A DNA stretch of 19,749 bases from Octopus sinensis (lineage: Eukaryota): positions 1 through 19,749 of the forward strand of contig NW_021824183.1 of NCBI RefSeq assembly GCF_006345805.1, read 5' to 3'. Numbering within the stretch: the first letter of the stretch is position 1; each line of letters starts with the position of its first letter. Positions 1 to 8,914 of the stretch are shown here, piece after piece. The position numbers were made by a program, and so were the translations under genes. The notes below the pieces were generated by a model. It ran no database searches. It saw nothing but the letters and a program-made list of their open reading frames with translations, and had not been told where the DNA came from.

Positions 1-210
1 TTTTGGACTGTACGATCAATACTGTTTCACCAGCTCTAATTCTGGCTAATAGCTACCAGTCCTGGCTAATCTTCATTCACCCTCGCACATCTTAATCAAC
101 AGTGGCTCATTTGCATCAATATTGGCTCACATTTATCAACTTTATTTCGCATTCATCAGTACTGACATATGTTTATCAACACTTGCTGATCTCCACAAAC
201 ACGGGCTCAT
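1..210. repeat. Degenerate 20-bp minisatellite, left block (consensus approx. ACTGGCTCATCTTCATCAAC)
   Basis: Successive 20-mers align in register, e.g. TCTGGCTAATAGCTACCAGT / CCTGGCTAATCTTCATTCAC / AGTGGCTCATTTGCATCAAT / ATTGGCTCACATTTATCAAC / ACTTGCTGATCTCCACAAAC; about 10 units. Confidence 0.75.
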
Positions 211-486
211 GTCACGCCTCCTTCCTTCAAACGGGAAGGAAGAGCTATTTTCATTATTCTTGTGTCTATGGCGAAAGAATGTATCTGGTGGACGCGTCTG
301 AAAGGATTGGAGACAAACACTTTCCTCTCTGGTCAATCTCTCATCAACTTTTTCAAGTATCACTTGAAAAGGAAAGTGAGAGTAGAGAGGCAAGTTTTGT
401 CTAGCGAATGATTCAAAAAGTGATGGGTGAATGTAGCAAGGATGGCACGTATGAATGACGAAGCTACCTTGTGCATAATCCTATGA
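211..486 (+). pseudogene. Disrupted C-terminal end of an L1/Tx1-clade ORF2 (pol) protein
   Basis: The frame starting at 211 reads VTPPSFKREGRAIFIILVSMAKECIWWTRLKGLETNTFLSGQSLINFFKYHLKRKVRVERQVLSSE*FKK*WVNVARMARMNDEATLCIIL*. AKxxIWxxR and the downstream F...W pattern resemble the conserved ORF2 C-terminal motif of Tx1/L1 elements. The two in-frame TGA (409-411, 421-423) are consistent with CGA>TGA decay. It is absent from the ORF track. Confidence 0.7.
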
Positions 487-849
487 ACCCGGAAAAATTT
501 AAAACAGAGGGTTACTTACTTGCAAACAAATGTGAAATTATTGACCGAGGTCATTGTGGTGTTTTCCGTAGGCTTTTCTTTCCACCAACGGATAAACTTT
601 ATCTGATTCCCCCTTTACACTTTACAACATGACATTTGTGATACACGATCCCTATTGATCGTTCTTTTATTTTTATTTTTTATTTTTTCTTTCCTTTTTT
701 CTCTTTTTCTTTTTCTTCTGTCTTCCCCTTTTACGATCCCTTTTGATCGAAAACCTACCCCCTTTTTTTTCTTTTCTCCTCAAAAAGAAAAGCTCTACTT
801 TGTAATCTGTCCCGTCTGTGTGCAGCCCTGTGTGGCTAATAAAGAAACA
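211..849 (+). mobile_element. 5'-truncated non-LTR retrotransposon, L1/Tx1-like (ORF2 C-terminus + pyrimidine-rich 3'UTR + AATAAA end)
   Basis: It interrupts the 20-bp minisatellite. An ORF2-like frame runs 211-486, a T-rich UTR about 660-790, and AATAAA at 838-843 is followed by a short A-rich end. CAT occurs at both junctions (208-210, 848-850), so it may be a tiny TSD or microhomology. Confidence 0.7.
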
Positions 850-985
850 TATTCACCTATTCTGACTAGTCTTCACCAACACTGGATTATTTTCCCTAAC
901 ACTGGGTCATATTCATCTATTTTGGCTCATCTTCACCAACACTGAGACATTTTCTTCAACGCTGTCTTATATTCACCAACACTCC
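850..985. repeat. Same 20-bp minisatellite, right block, with a 60-bp higher-order repeat
   Basis: Units include ACTGGATTATTTTCCCTAAC / ACTGGGTCATATTCATCTAT / TTTGGCTCATCTTCACCAAC / ACTGAGACATTTTCTTCAAC. Segments 848-907 and 908-967 align at period 60. Confidence 0.8.
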
Positions 986-1578
986 CTAAACAATGGAAAT
1001 GCTGATTAGCCAAATTTCATTGTGGCCTACCATAATCAAAACCGTTTCAGTATCATCAATTCCGTTTCACTGTCATGAATAAAATTTCTTCAAAATTATT
1101 CCTAGTTCAGTCAGCAACATAAAAGCAAGTTCACTGCCATGAATACAGGCTCACCGTTATCTTCTTTGATTCATCAATAACTATACCCGATTGCTAACAT
1201 CTAAACAACTACGATGCGGTGGCTGAAGCATGAATTTACGCAGCAACGTATCGGCTTCTTCATTAATTATGCTAAAATCTGGTCGAAAAAGTTTTCGCGT
1301 GAAGAATGATTAAGAGATGGTGGGCGCTGTCAGAGGTACAACATACTACGTCAGCTGATCATTCATAGGAACAGAGAATGAGACGGGGAGGAAGAGAATG
1401 TGAGAGCGTGATAGGAAGGGTAGAGATACAAAGAGACAGAGGAGAGGATGTATTTGATATTGAGTAATTATTGTGTCGAAATTGCGGTGAAATTTTCATT
1501 TTACACAGAGAGAACTTTTGCACCTTTCAGGATATAATAATGTGGAATAAGATTAATACTTATCGCTCCCTCACTATA

Positions 1579-1990
1579 TCTCTTTCTCTCTCTCTTTTTC
1601 TCTCTTTCTCTATCTCTCTCTTTCTTTCTCTCTTTCTCTCTCTCTCTCTCGCTATATATAATATATATATATATACGTGTGTGTGCGTGTATGTGTATAT
1701 GTATATATACGGATATAAATGTGTGTATATATATATATATGCATGAATGCGTGTATATATATATATATATACGTATATATATATTATAATATATATGTAT
1801 CACTCATACATATATATACATATACATATCGGTGTATACACACTCACTCACACACACTATATGTATATATAATATATATATTATATATATATATATATCT
1901 AATATATATATATACTTTACACACCACACACACACACCCATATATATATATACTATATGTGGCATATGCATTATATATTATGTATGCATG
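1579..1990. repeat. Compound (CT)n then (TA)n/(TG)n/(CA)n microsatellite
   Basis: Directly visible. Confidence 0.95.
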
Positions 1991-2780
1991 ATCTTTATCG
2001 ATTATATTCCCTCATGCTAAATGCTGCACAATCTGCAAACTAATCAACTAATCAACTAATCATCCGTTTTAATTACCCCATGGAGCTTACTAATGGCTTC
2101 ATTATTCATTAAAAATTGCGTATGTTAATTATTCAGCCTCGTCTTGGCAGTTTTAAGCCAAATCTTCCATTCTCTACCATTAAACCTTCTTTTTTCCAAT
2201 TATTACTTCGCTTATTTTTCTTTCCTTCCCATTCTTCATAACACATTGATGTCTTCGCATTCGCCTCGTGGACATAGATACAGCTTTCATCGCTCGCTCT
2301 CTCATCTCTTCTTTTTTTTTACTTTTCTTCTTTCATTGCAGCCAGAAACATTTTCCTTTGTATTTCTCAAATCCATTTCTCGAATGAACTCTGCGCCATT
2401 TTTTTTTTCCTTTTTAACTTTTTCCTTCTTTCCTATCGCTTATCTTTCAATGTAATCTGAGGTTTGTTATCTTGTTCCGCTTCCGCTCTTCATCTTAGTT
2501 TTTCACAATACATATTTACCTCTCTCTCTCAAGCAGTTTCAAATTCTCTCTGTCCTTCTTCTCCTTCTTCTTCTTCATCTTTTTCTCTCGTATAATTTGA
2601 CCCTTCTCTCATTTTTCTATCAGTTTTCTTCCGCATAATGTAATTTTCATTTTTTTCTTTCTAAACTTTTATTTTCCATCTGAAATTTTGTTCCTTCTTT
2701 ATTTCTTTCCTTATTAGTTCCCATTCCCACGTATCTCTCACTTCACCACATCTCATTTCTCTTTCGCACTCTGTCTATTT

Positions 2781-2882
2781 GTGTGTATGTATGTGTCCGT
2801 GTATATGTGTGTGTATGTGTGAGTGTGTATTATTATATAATATCTATAGATATATTACGTGTTTATCTGTCATTGTCTTAAG

Positions 2883-2926
<44 letters not shown>

Positions 2927-2968
2927 CATACTTATATATTATTATTCATTTAAATTAAAATACCACAC

Positions 2969-3009
<41 letters not shown>

Positions 3010-3091
3010 ACATACATATATGTATGGATGGATGTGTAGATATATACATATATACCTGCAATATATATGTGCATGTAAATAATGCGTGTAC

Positions 3092-3163
<72 letters not shown>

Positions 3164-3225
3164 TATATATATATGTATGTATGTATGTTTATGTGTGCTT
3201 GTGTCTATGTATACACATGTATAAT
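2781..3225. repeat. (TG)n/(TA)n microsatellite complex
   Basis: Directly visible, with a long pure (TA)n at about 3100-3160. Confidence 0.9.
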
Positions 3226-3661
3226 AGTCATATAGAAACCGCATACATCCCCACCTCCGTTTCTCTCCTTCTCCGTTCTCTAAGTCGCTTTTCTACTTCC
3301 TTATATATATACTTTTTTGCAATCAAATTATTTTCCTTCTCTCAGCGTTCACTTGCTGATTTCAGCGAATGTGTAGCCGCGGTTTCTATTAGGTAAAAAA
3401 AAAAAGTGAATTGATTAATTTTCATCTTTGTCTTTCATAACAATCTCTCGAGTGTTACATAAACTGTATTACATAAGATATTATTCCGAGATATTACTTC
3501 GGCTTTGAGAACAAACTTGCGGTTATCTCTAGCATAAATACAAAAGCACTGATTGGTTGGCGTAGGATGGAACGCGACCTCGTTGTTTAACGGCAATAAA
3601 AAAAAAACAAGAGAGAATTGACTTCGTGGTGGGATATTAGTATAGGACTTCCAAGTTTATC

Positions 3662-3725
<64 letters not shown>

Positions 3726-3762
3726 TACTATTATCATCATCATCATTATTATTGTTATTATA

Positions 3763-3857
<95 letters not shown>

Positions 3858-3931
3858 CATCATAATCATCATTATTATTATTATTATTATTATTATCATT
3901 ATTGTTATCATTATCATTATTATTATTATCA

Positions 3932-3976
<45 letters not shown>

Positions 3977-4095
3977 TATTATCATTATTATTATCATCAT
4001 CATTATTATTATTATTTTTATTATCATTATTATTATTATCCTTAATATTATTATCATCATCATCAATCATCATCATCATCATTATTATTATTATT
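3662..4095. repeat. (ATT)n/(ATC)n trinucleotide tract
   Basis: Directly visible. It is the source of the poly-Y/I/N ORFs. Confidence 0.97.
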
Positions 4096-4652
4096 GAGTG
4101 AGAGAGCAGTGCATGCCATCAAAGTGACACTGGGGTAAAATATACGAAGCCCAATATACCCATCATGACTACCCGTCTGATAAGGGTACACCAGGCACAT
4201 GCATCACAACACATATATTGCGGGACATGGTGATCTCATATCAAGATAAACAGCACATGACCTTGCAGGTGGGACCAGTTAGATTTTCTTCAGGTTGAGT
4301 AGCCCATCCCGCTCAAACGGTCCCTGAATAAGGGTTGTTTAAGGATGTTGAAAGAACCACCCATGTTTCATGAGGTGACTATTCAAACCCCAAAGAATCC
4401 CTCTCAACACATGGCTATGATGCTCCCCCCCACTACTTCTGCTCGTGATCAGAGATGCACATATCGTCAACCACTAAGGGACATGCTCAACTGGTTAAGG
4501 TCAAACAACTGACAAGCAAATCTGTGGTATTGAGCAGAATATTGCTGTAGCCCATCTTTTATACCAAGACAAAACAATGTACATGATAACATTTCCAATC
4601 AGTTAAGATCAAAGCCATGAGAGCCACTGCCTGGTACTGCACATCAGGGCAT
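4096..4652 (-). mobile_element. Approx. 560-bp interspersed repeat, probably a retroelement 3' end or non-autonomous element ending in (AAT)n
   Basis: A higher-complexity, more GC-rich island bounded on both sides by (ATT)n; on the minus strand it ends ...CTCTCACTC(AAT)n. It resembles a common octopus repeat from memory. There is no second copy in the window and I found no recognisable coding remnant. Confidence 0.5.
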
Positions 4653-4665
4653 TTATTTATTATTA

Positions 4666-4697
<32 letters not shown>

Positions 4698-4720
4698 TAT
4701 TATTATTATTATTATTATTT
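4653..4720. repeat. (ATT)n tract
   Basis: Directly visible. Confidence 0.95.
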
Positions 4721-4732
4721 AGGTCACTGCCT
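4713..4732 (-). mobile_element. Tiny fragment of SINE family D (junction of tRNA head and AAT spacer)
   Basis: TATTATTTAGGTCACTGCCT matches the reverse complement of 8691-8710 at 19/20 positions, but only about 12 nt are non-microsatellite. Confidence 0.4.
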
Positions 4733-4804
4733 CACAATTCTGTACACTTTGCTTCGAGGCCATGGGTAAAATTTTTTTTCTGGTCAGCATCCCAGTTGAC
4801 CATC

Positions 4805-5038
4805 AGGTGTCCAGCTGGCAGAATCGTTAAGATAGCCGAACAAAGTGCTTAGAAACATTTTGTCAGTTCTTAACGATCTAAGTTCAAACTCCATCGAGGT
4901 CGATTTTGCATATCGTCCAATCGGGGATCGATAAAATAAGTACCAGTTGATCACTGAGGTGTCTATGATTGAATTCTCTCTATCTTTCTCTCTCACTCCC
5001 GGATTTGCTGTCCTTGCATCAGAAATTGAAACCAATAT
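4805..5038 (+). mobile_element. tRNA-derived SINE, family A (diverged)
   Basis: Head AGCTGGCAGAATCGTTA, B-box-like AGTTCAAACTCC, core GATCGATAAAATAAGTACCAGTTGA and tail GAAATTGAAACCAATAT. It aligns with the copies at 6198, 11219 and 17517. Confidence 0.85.
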
Positions 5039-5051
5039 CGCACTTGACATC

Positions 5052-5098
5052 TTATTGGAATCGAACCCAGAACGTCGCAGCTGCGAAACGTGCTCTAT
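5052..5098 (-). other. tRNA-like remnant (probable decayed SINE head)
   Basis: The minus strand reads TAGAGCACGTTTCGCAGCTGCGACGTTCTGGGTTCGATTCC, with a good B box (GGTTCGATTCC). There is no complete cloverleaf or acceptor stem. Confidence 0.35.
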
Positions 5099-5344
5099 TA
5101 TTATATCTTGGTCCTCTCCCACTGCATTCTATTGGGTTTTTTATATTGTTTCTTCTGCGATGCTCTAACAAATATACCATCGTATTACAGTTTATTAGGC
5201 AAGATACACACGAAGCTTGCATATGGTTATTCCGATTCCTAGAAATAGCAACTGAACATTCTTGATATCACACTTTACCCTCTCACAAATATAGAAGGAA
5301 ACATCGGATAATTTCTTCCCTGGTAATATTCTTTTCTACTCTAG

Positions 5345-5548
5345 GTTTGTGTTTCTGTGCTTGTCCCCCCACCACCTTCGCTTGACAACCAATGCTGGTT
5401 GTTTACGTCACCGTAACTTAGCGGTTCGGCGAAAGAGATCGATAGAAAAAGGACTAGTCTTACAAAGTCCTGGGGTCGATTTGTTCGACTAAAAGGCCCT
5501 ACACCAGCATGGTCACAGTCAAATGCGTGAAACAAATGAAACAAGAAT
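5345..5548 (+). mobile_element. SINE family B, 3' half (5'-truncated)
   Basis: CTTGACAACC..GTTTACGTCACCGTAACTTAGCGGTTCGGC..GTCCTGGGGTCGATTTGTTCGACTAAA..CCAGCATGGTCACAGTCAAATG aligns to about 8050-8245. Confidence 0.9.
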
Positions 5549-5989
5549 TTGAGTAACTAAATTCACTTACACATGTATCCTGATATTGAAGCAAATTGCT
5601 TTATTGTTGTGTTTAAAAAAAGAAGACGCTGATTTAAAGATTGCTGGCTGTTTAAAATAAAGGGATCTTTTTACAACATAGCATAAAATGCAGAATTTAG
5701 TGAGACCAAACAGCGAGATAAGCGAGGCCTAAATGGTGCTCGATTGTCTGAGCTGGTTATCAAATATATATGTTGTAACTGTTTATGATTAACATCTGGG
5801 TAGATCAAATTGAGCGCAGTTATTGATTAAAATGGATCTATCATATTCTTTGTTTGTTGGACGTTTGGTTTAAATAAAGATATATGGATTATTGTATCCT
5901 ATCCAGATAAAGAAACAGGAGAACGGTCGTACGAAATTCCCGGACTGCAAGCACCAATGAATATGGCAAAGATGCAAATAAAAAGATAA

Positions 5990-6130
5990 ACACGTACACA
6001 CATACATAGAAACACACGTGCATACAATCTCAAAGACAAACAGACAAGTACACACATACACACATGCGCATGCACACACGTCAATATCATCATCATCGTT
6101 ATTATTATTATTATTGTTGTTGCTGTCGTT
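5990..6130. repeat. (CA)-rich and (ATC/ATT/GTT) low-complexity tract
   Basis: Directly visible. Confidence 0.8.
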
Positions 6131-6133
6131 GTT

Positions 6134-6395
6134 AAGGCAGTGAGCTGGCAGAATAACTAGCACAAATGTTTAAGGAAATTTCTTTCAGCTTCATTCTCCG
6201 GTGAGCTAGCAAAATCGTTAGCACGCCGGAAGAAATGCTTAGTGGCTATTTCGTTCGTCTTTACGTTCTGAGTTCAAATTCCGCCAAGTTCGACTGTGCC
6301 TTTTATCCTTTCGGAATCGATAAGTTAATCACCAGTTGAACACTTGAGGAGAGGGAGTCGATGCCCCCTCCCACGAAATTCTTATTAGTAACAAG
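6134..6395 (+). mobile_element. SINE family A with a duplicated, truncated 5' head
   Basis: AAGGCAGTGAGCTGGCAGAATAACTAGCA (6134) is followed by CCGGTGAGCTAGCAAAATCGTTAGCACGCCGG (6198), then B box GAGTTCAAATTCC (6270-6282) and the family A core. Confidence 0.85.
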
Positions 6396-6399
6396 GAAT

Positions 6400-6598
6400 G
6401 TTATTATTGTCATTATTACTATTATCATCATTATCATCATCATCATCATCATCATTATTATTATTATTATTATTATTGTTATTATTATTATTATTTTTGT
6501 TGTTGTTGTTGTTGTTGTTCTTGTTTTTGTTGCTGTTATTATTATTGTTATCATTATTATTAACTTTAACATCAACATCATCAATAGTAGCGGCAGTG

Positions 6599-6645
<47 letters not shown>

Positions 6646-6810
6646 CGTGGTAGTAGTAGTTGAAGTTGTAGTGGTAGTAGTAGTAGTATTATTAGTAGGA
6701 GTAATAGTAGTAGTAGTAGTAATAGTAGTAGTTGTTGTTGTTGTTGATGTTCTTGTTGTAGTAGTAGTAGTATCGGTAGCAGTATTAGTTGTAGTTGTTG
6801 ACATTGCTGG
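6400..6810. repeat. Compound triplet tract ATT/ATC/GTT/AGT
   Basis: Directly visible. It is the source of the poly-I/V/S/T/L ORFs. Confidence 0.97.
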
Positions 6811-7106
6811 TGCTCACTGCTGTTGTTAGTGTTTTCTGTGTGTGGTAGTTCTATCTATCTGGTCTGCCAATAATCAAACAGATTATATGCTGCATACATG
6901 ATTATAGACAACAACTCTTTGTAGTAAAAACGATGTAATGTCCTCAAAAATACGTTACATATGTTATTAATGCCACGAAACATAATGTACAAATAAATAT
7001 TAGACGATATAATTGATAACTGCTCTCGTAACGAAATCAAATGATGGAAAGTCTGTCTTAATGAAGATAAAGTTTAGCCGCTCTACGATCGAAGCTAACA
7101 AAATCG

Positions 7107-7135
7107 TTGGTTTCAAACTCTGGTACAAGACCCCG
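7107..7135 (-). mobile_element. SINE family A 3'-end fragment
   Basis: Its reverse complement GGGTCTTGTACCAGAGTTTGAAACCAA matches the family A tail GGGCTTGTGTGCTAAAATTTGAAACCAA (about 17668-17695). Confidence 0.55.
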
Positions 7136-7161
7136 GTACATTATTGGTGAAATATGTGAGA

Positions 7162-7194
<33 letters not shown>

Positions 7195-7595
7195 CTAGCA
7201 GTATCGCCCGGCGTAGCTCGGGTTTGTAAGGGAAATAACTATACAAGCATTTTTAGGGAGTTACTTCCCTTATATAGTAGCAAAAAAATGCATTAAAAAT
7301 GGAAAAAAATTATGGTAAATTTTTTTTAAATCGTAGACTCATCGTAGACATTTTTAGAGAGTTACTTCCCTTATATAATAGCAAAAAAATGCATTAAAAA
7401 TGGAAAAAAATTAGGGTAATTTTTAAAAAATCGTAGACTCATCGTAGACGCGCGCTAATACCCAGAAGGGCTCGATATGAATCACGACTATAAGATACCC
7501 GCTTTTGGTTAAACTGCACCGCAAAATGTGGGAGTAGTTAGGAATCTAAATCGTAGGAGACAGACAGCACACAACTTCAGTTTTATATATATATA
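7195..7595 (-). mobile_element. Non-autonomous Helitron-like element (Lep1-like architecture) with an internal approx. 100-bp tandem duplication
   Basis: The minus-strand 3' end is hairpin CCCG-A-GC-TAC-GC-CGGG (7207-7222), an 8-nt spacer, then CTAG (7195-7198) followed by T. The other end has CAGACAGCACAC..CAGTTTTATATAT, but the expected 5' TC is not visible. The duplication spans 7248-7348 / 7349-7449. Confidence 0.7.
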
Positions 7596-7845
7596 TGTAA
7601 AAAAAATACAAACTGGGACGAGAACGCAACACATTTAGAAGACGATACAAAAAACATGGACGGGACATTCGAAGCCTTCAATCTTCAGTCAAGAACCGGA
7701 TCATCGTCGCAATTTCGGCTGATTAATCTTGAGATTTCTCCAATCTGGCCAGCACCAAGGAAAATCTAAGATAAGTGCATTAGATTCCTTGGAAGAAAGC
7801 TTCGACTGTATACAAAACAAAGACGGAAAAACGGACGATGTTACA
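7596..7845. mobile_element. 250-bp element bounded by TGTAA...TTACA (solo-LTR-like or MITE-like)
   Basis: It has 5-bp inverted termini with TG..CA ends and sits precisely between the Helitron-like element and a family B SINE. No TSD is seen. Confidence 0.45.
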
Positions 7846-7848
7846 CAT

Positions 7849-8251
7849 GCAGGAGTGGCTGTGTGGTAAGTAGCTTGCTAACCAACCTCATGGTTCCGGG
7901 TTCAGTCCCACTGCGTGGCATCTTAGGCAAGTGTCTTCTGCTATAGCCCCGGGCTGACCAATGCCTTGTGAGTGGAATTGGTAGACGGAAACTGAAAGAA
8001 GCCCGTCGTATATATGTATATATGTATATGTGTGTGTGTGTATGTGTTTGTGTGTCTGTGTTTGTCCCCCTAGCATTGCTTGACAACCGATGCTGGTGTG
8101 TTTACGTCCCCGTTACTTAGCGGTTCGGCAAAAGACCGATAGAATAAGTACTGGCTTACAAAAGAATAAGTCCCGGGGTCGAGTTGCTCGATTAAAGGTG
8201 GTGCTCCAGCATGGCCGCAGTCAAATGACTGAAACAAGTAAAAGAGTAAAA
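7849..8251 (+). mobile_element. tRNA-derived SINE family B, full length, relatively young
   Basis: A-box-like TGGCTGTGTGG (7856-7866), B-box-like GGTTCAGTCC (7899-7908), an internal TA/TG microsatellite and tail GAAACAAGTAAAAGAGTAAAA. It is highly similar to the inverted copies at 16235 and 18491. It resembles the octopus tRNA-SINEs of the OK/OR type, but I have not assigned a family name. Confidence 0.95.
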
Positions 8252-8255
8252 CAGC

Positions 8256-8323
<68 letters not shown>

Positions 8324-8340
8324 CATAATATATATATTAC
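8256..8340. repeat. (TA)n tract
   Basis: Directly visible. Confidence 0.95.
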
Positions 8341-8630
8341 ATGTACTCGTACACAAAAACATGTAATGAGTGTGAGAATGTATGGGTGTGTCCATTTATA
8401 TATGTGTATTAAATTACAAAAAAATCACAATTTCAGAAACCAGTAATAAGCTATTTTCGAACAACCCGTTTCGCATCGAGATCCAATTAATTCGTAAATT
8501 AAGAAAACTGATTGTATATCATGATAAACGTGAAGAAACCAGGAGTTATTTGGTTCTTTACCATATATTTTATAATAGAACAATAGTTTAAACCTGCTTC
8601 CAAAAAAATATATCCCTTATATTATTTTAA

Positions 8631-8870
8631 CATATGGCGTAGTGGTTAAGAGTGCGGGCTACTAAACCCCAAAATTCCGAGTTCGAATCTAGGCAGTGAC
8701 CTGAATAATAATTATAATAATATCGAAAAATATCTTAGGAATGAGAACCCAGGTTCGAAATTTCCCCAAGACACCTGATGAGGGCTGGAGGCTATATCAG
8801 CCGAAACGTTGTGTTAACAACCAACAAGATGAGGTTACATATCCCTCAAATATAAATGATGTAAAGAATG
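8631..8870 (+). mobile_element. SINE family D: tRNA-like Pol III head + (AAT) spacer + Penelope-pLTR-like tail carrying a hammerhead motif
   Basis: Perfect A box TGGCGTAGTGG (8635-8645), T-arm/B box CCGAG-TTCGAAT-CTAGG (8677-8693), AAT-rich spacer and hammerhead core (8770-8815). The first T4 terminator after the head is at 8874-8877. Confidence 0.85.
8770..8815 (+). ncRNA. Minimal type I hammerhead ribozyme motif (Penelope-type)
   Basis: Stem I GACAC(8770-74)/GUGUU(8811-15); core CUGAUGA (8775-81); one extra G (8782); stem II GGCUG(8783-87)/CAGCC(8798-8802); GAAA (8803-06); palindromic mini stem III ACGU (8806-09); cleavage triplet GUU, with the predicted cut after 8810. Confidence 0.8.
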
Positions 8871-8914
8871 ATCTTTTGTTATATCACATTTATTTACTTA
8901 ATATTTCATTATTA

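Noticed and set aside
140-165. CUGAUGA-AUGC-GAAA on the minus strand
   Set aside because: No stem II, I or III can form. It is a chance match within the 20-bp minisatellite.
221-390. Hairpins CTTCCTTC/GAAGGAAG (221-242) and an imperfect 67-nt stem (324-390)
   Set aside because: They lie within the L1/Tx1 ORF2 coding remnant. The 3-nt loop and large bulges are unlike a pre-miRNA, and purine/pyrimidine skew explains them.
210-849. Solo LTR interpretation (TG...CA ends)
   Set aside because: There is no 4-6 bp TSD, AATAAA sits at the very end, and the interior encodes a non-LTR ORF2 C-terminus.
1-985. CRISPR-like array
   Set aside because: The units are contiguous and degenerate with no unique spacers, in a eukaryotic context with no cas genes.
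3618-4082. Poly-Y/I/N/D ORFs (likewise 6303-6829)
   Set aside because: They are translations of triplet microsatellites.
4784-5122. 112-aa minus-strand ORF with a protein-like look and a GTGAGA donor-like site
   Set aside because: It is almost entirely the antisense of a family A SINE plus a tRNA-like remnant.
7660-7760. Hammerhead-like words on the minus strand (CUGAAGA..GAAUGUC; CAGCCGAAA) in the TG..CA element
   Set aside because: I could not build stem I, the GAAA is incomplete after the first motif, and no CUGANGA precedes the second. At most it is a decayed relic.
8631-8700. Functional tRNA genes at the SINE heads (also 7849, 9221, 11559)
   Set aside because: There is no complete acceptor stem or cloverleaf, and each head continues into a SINE body.
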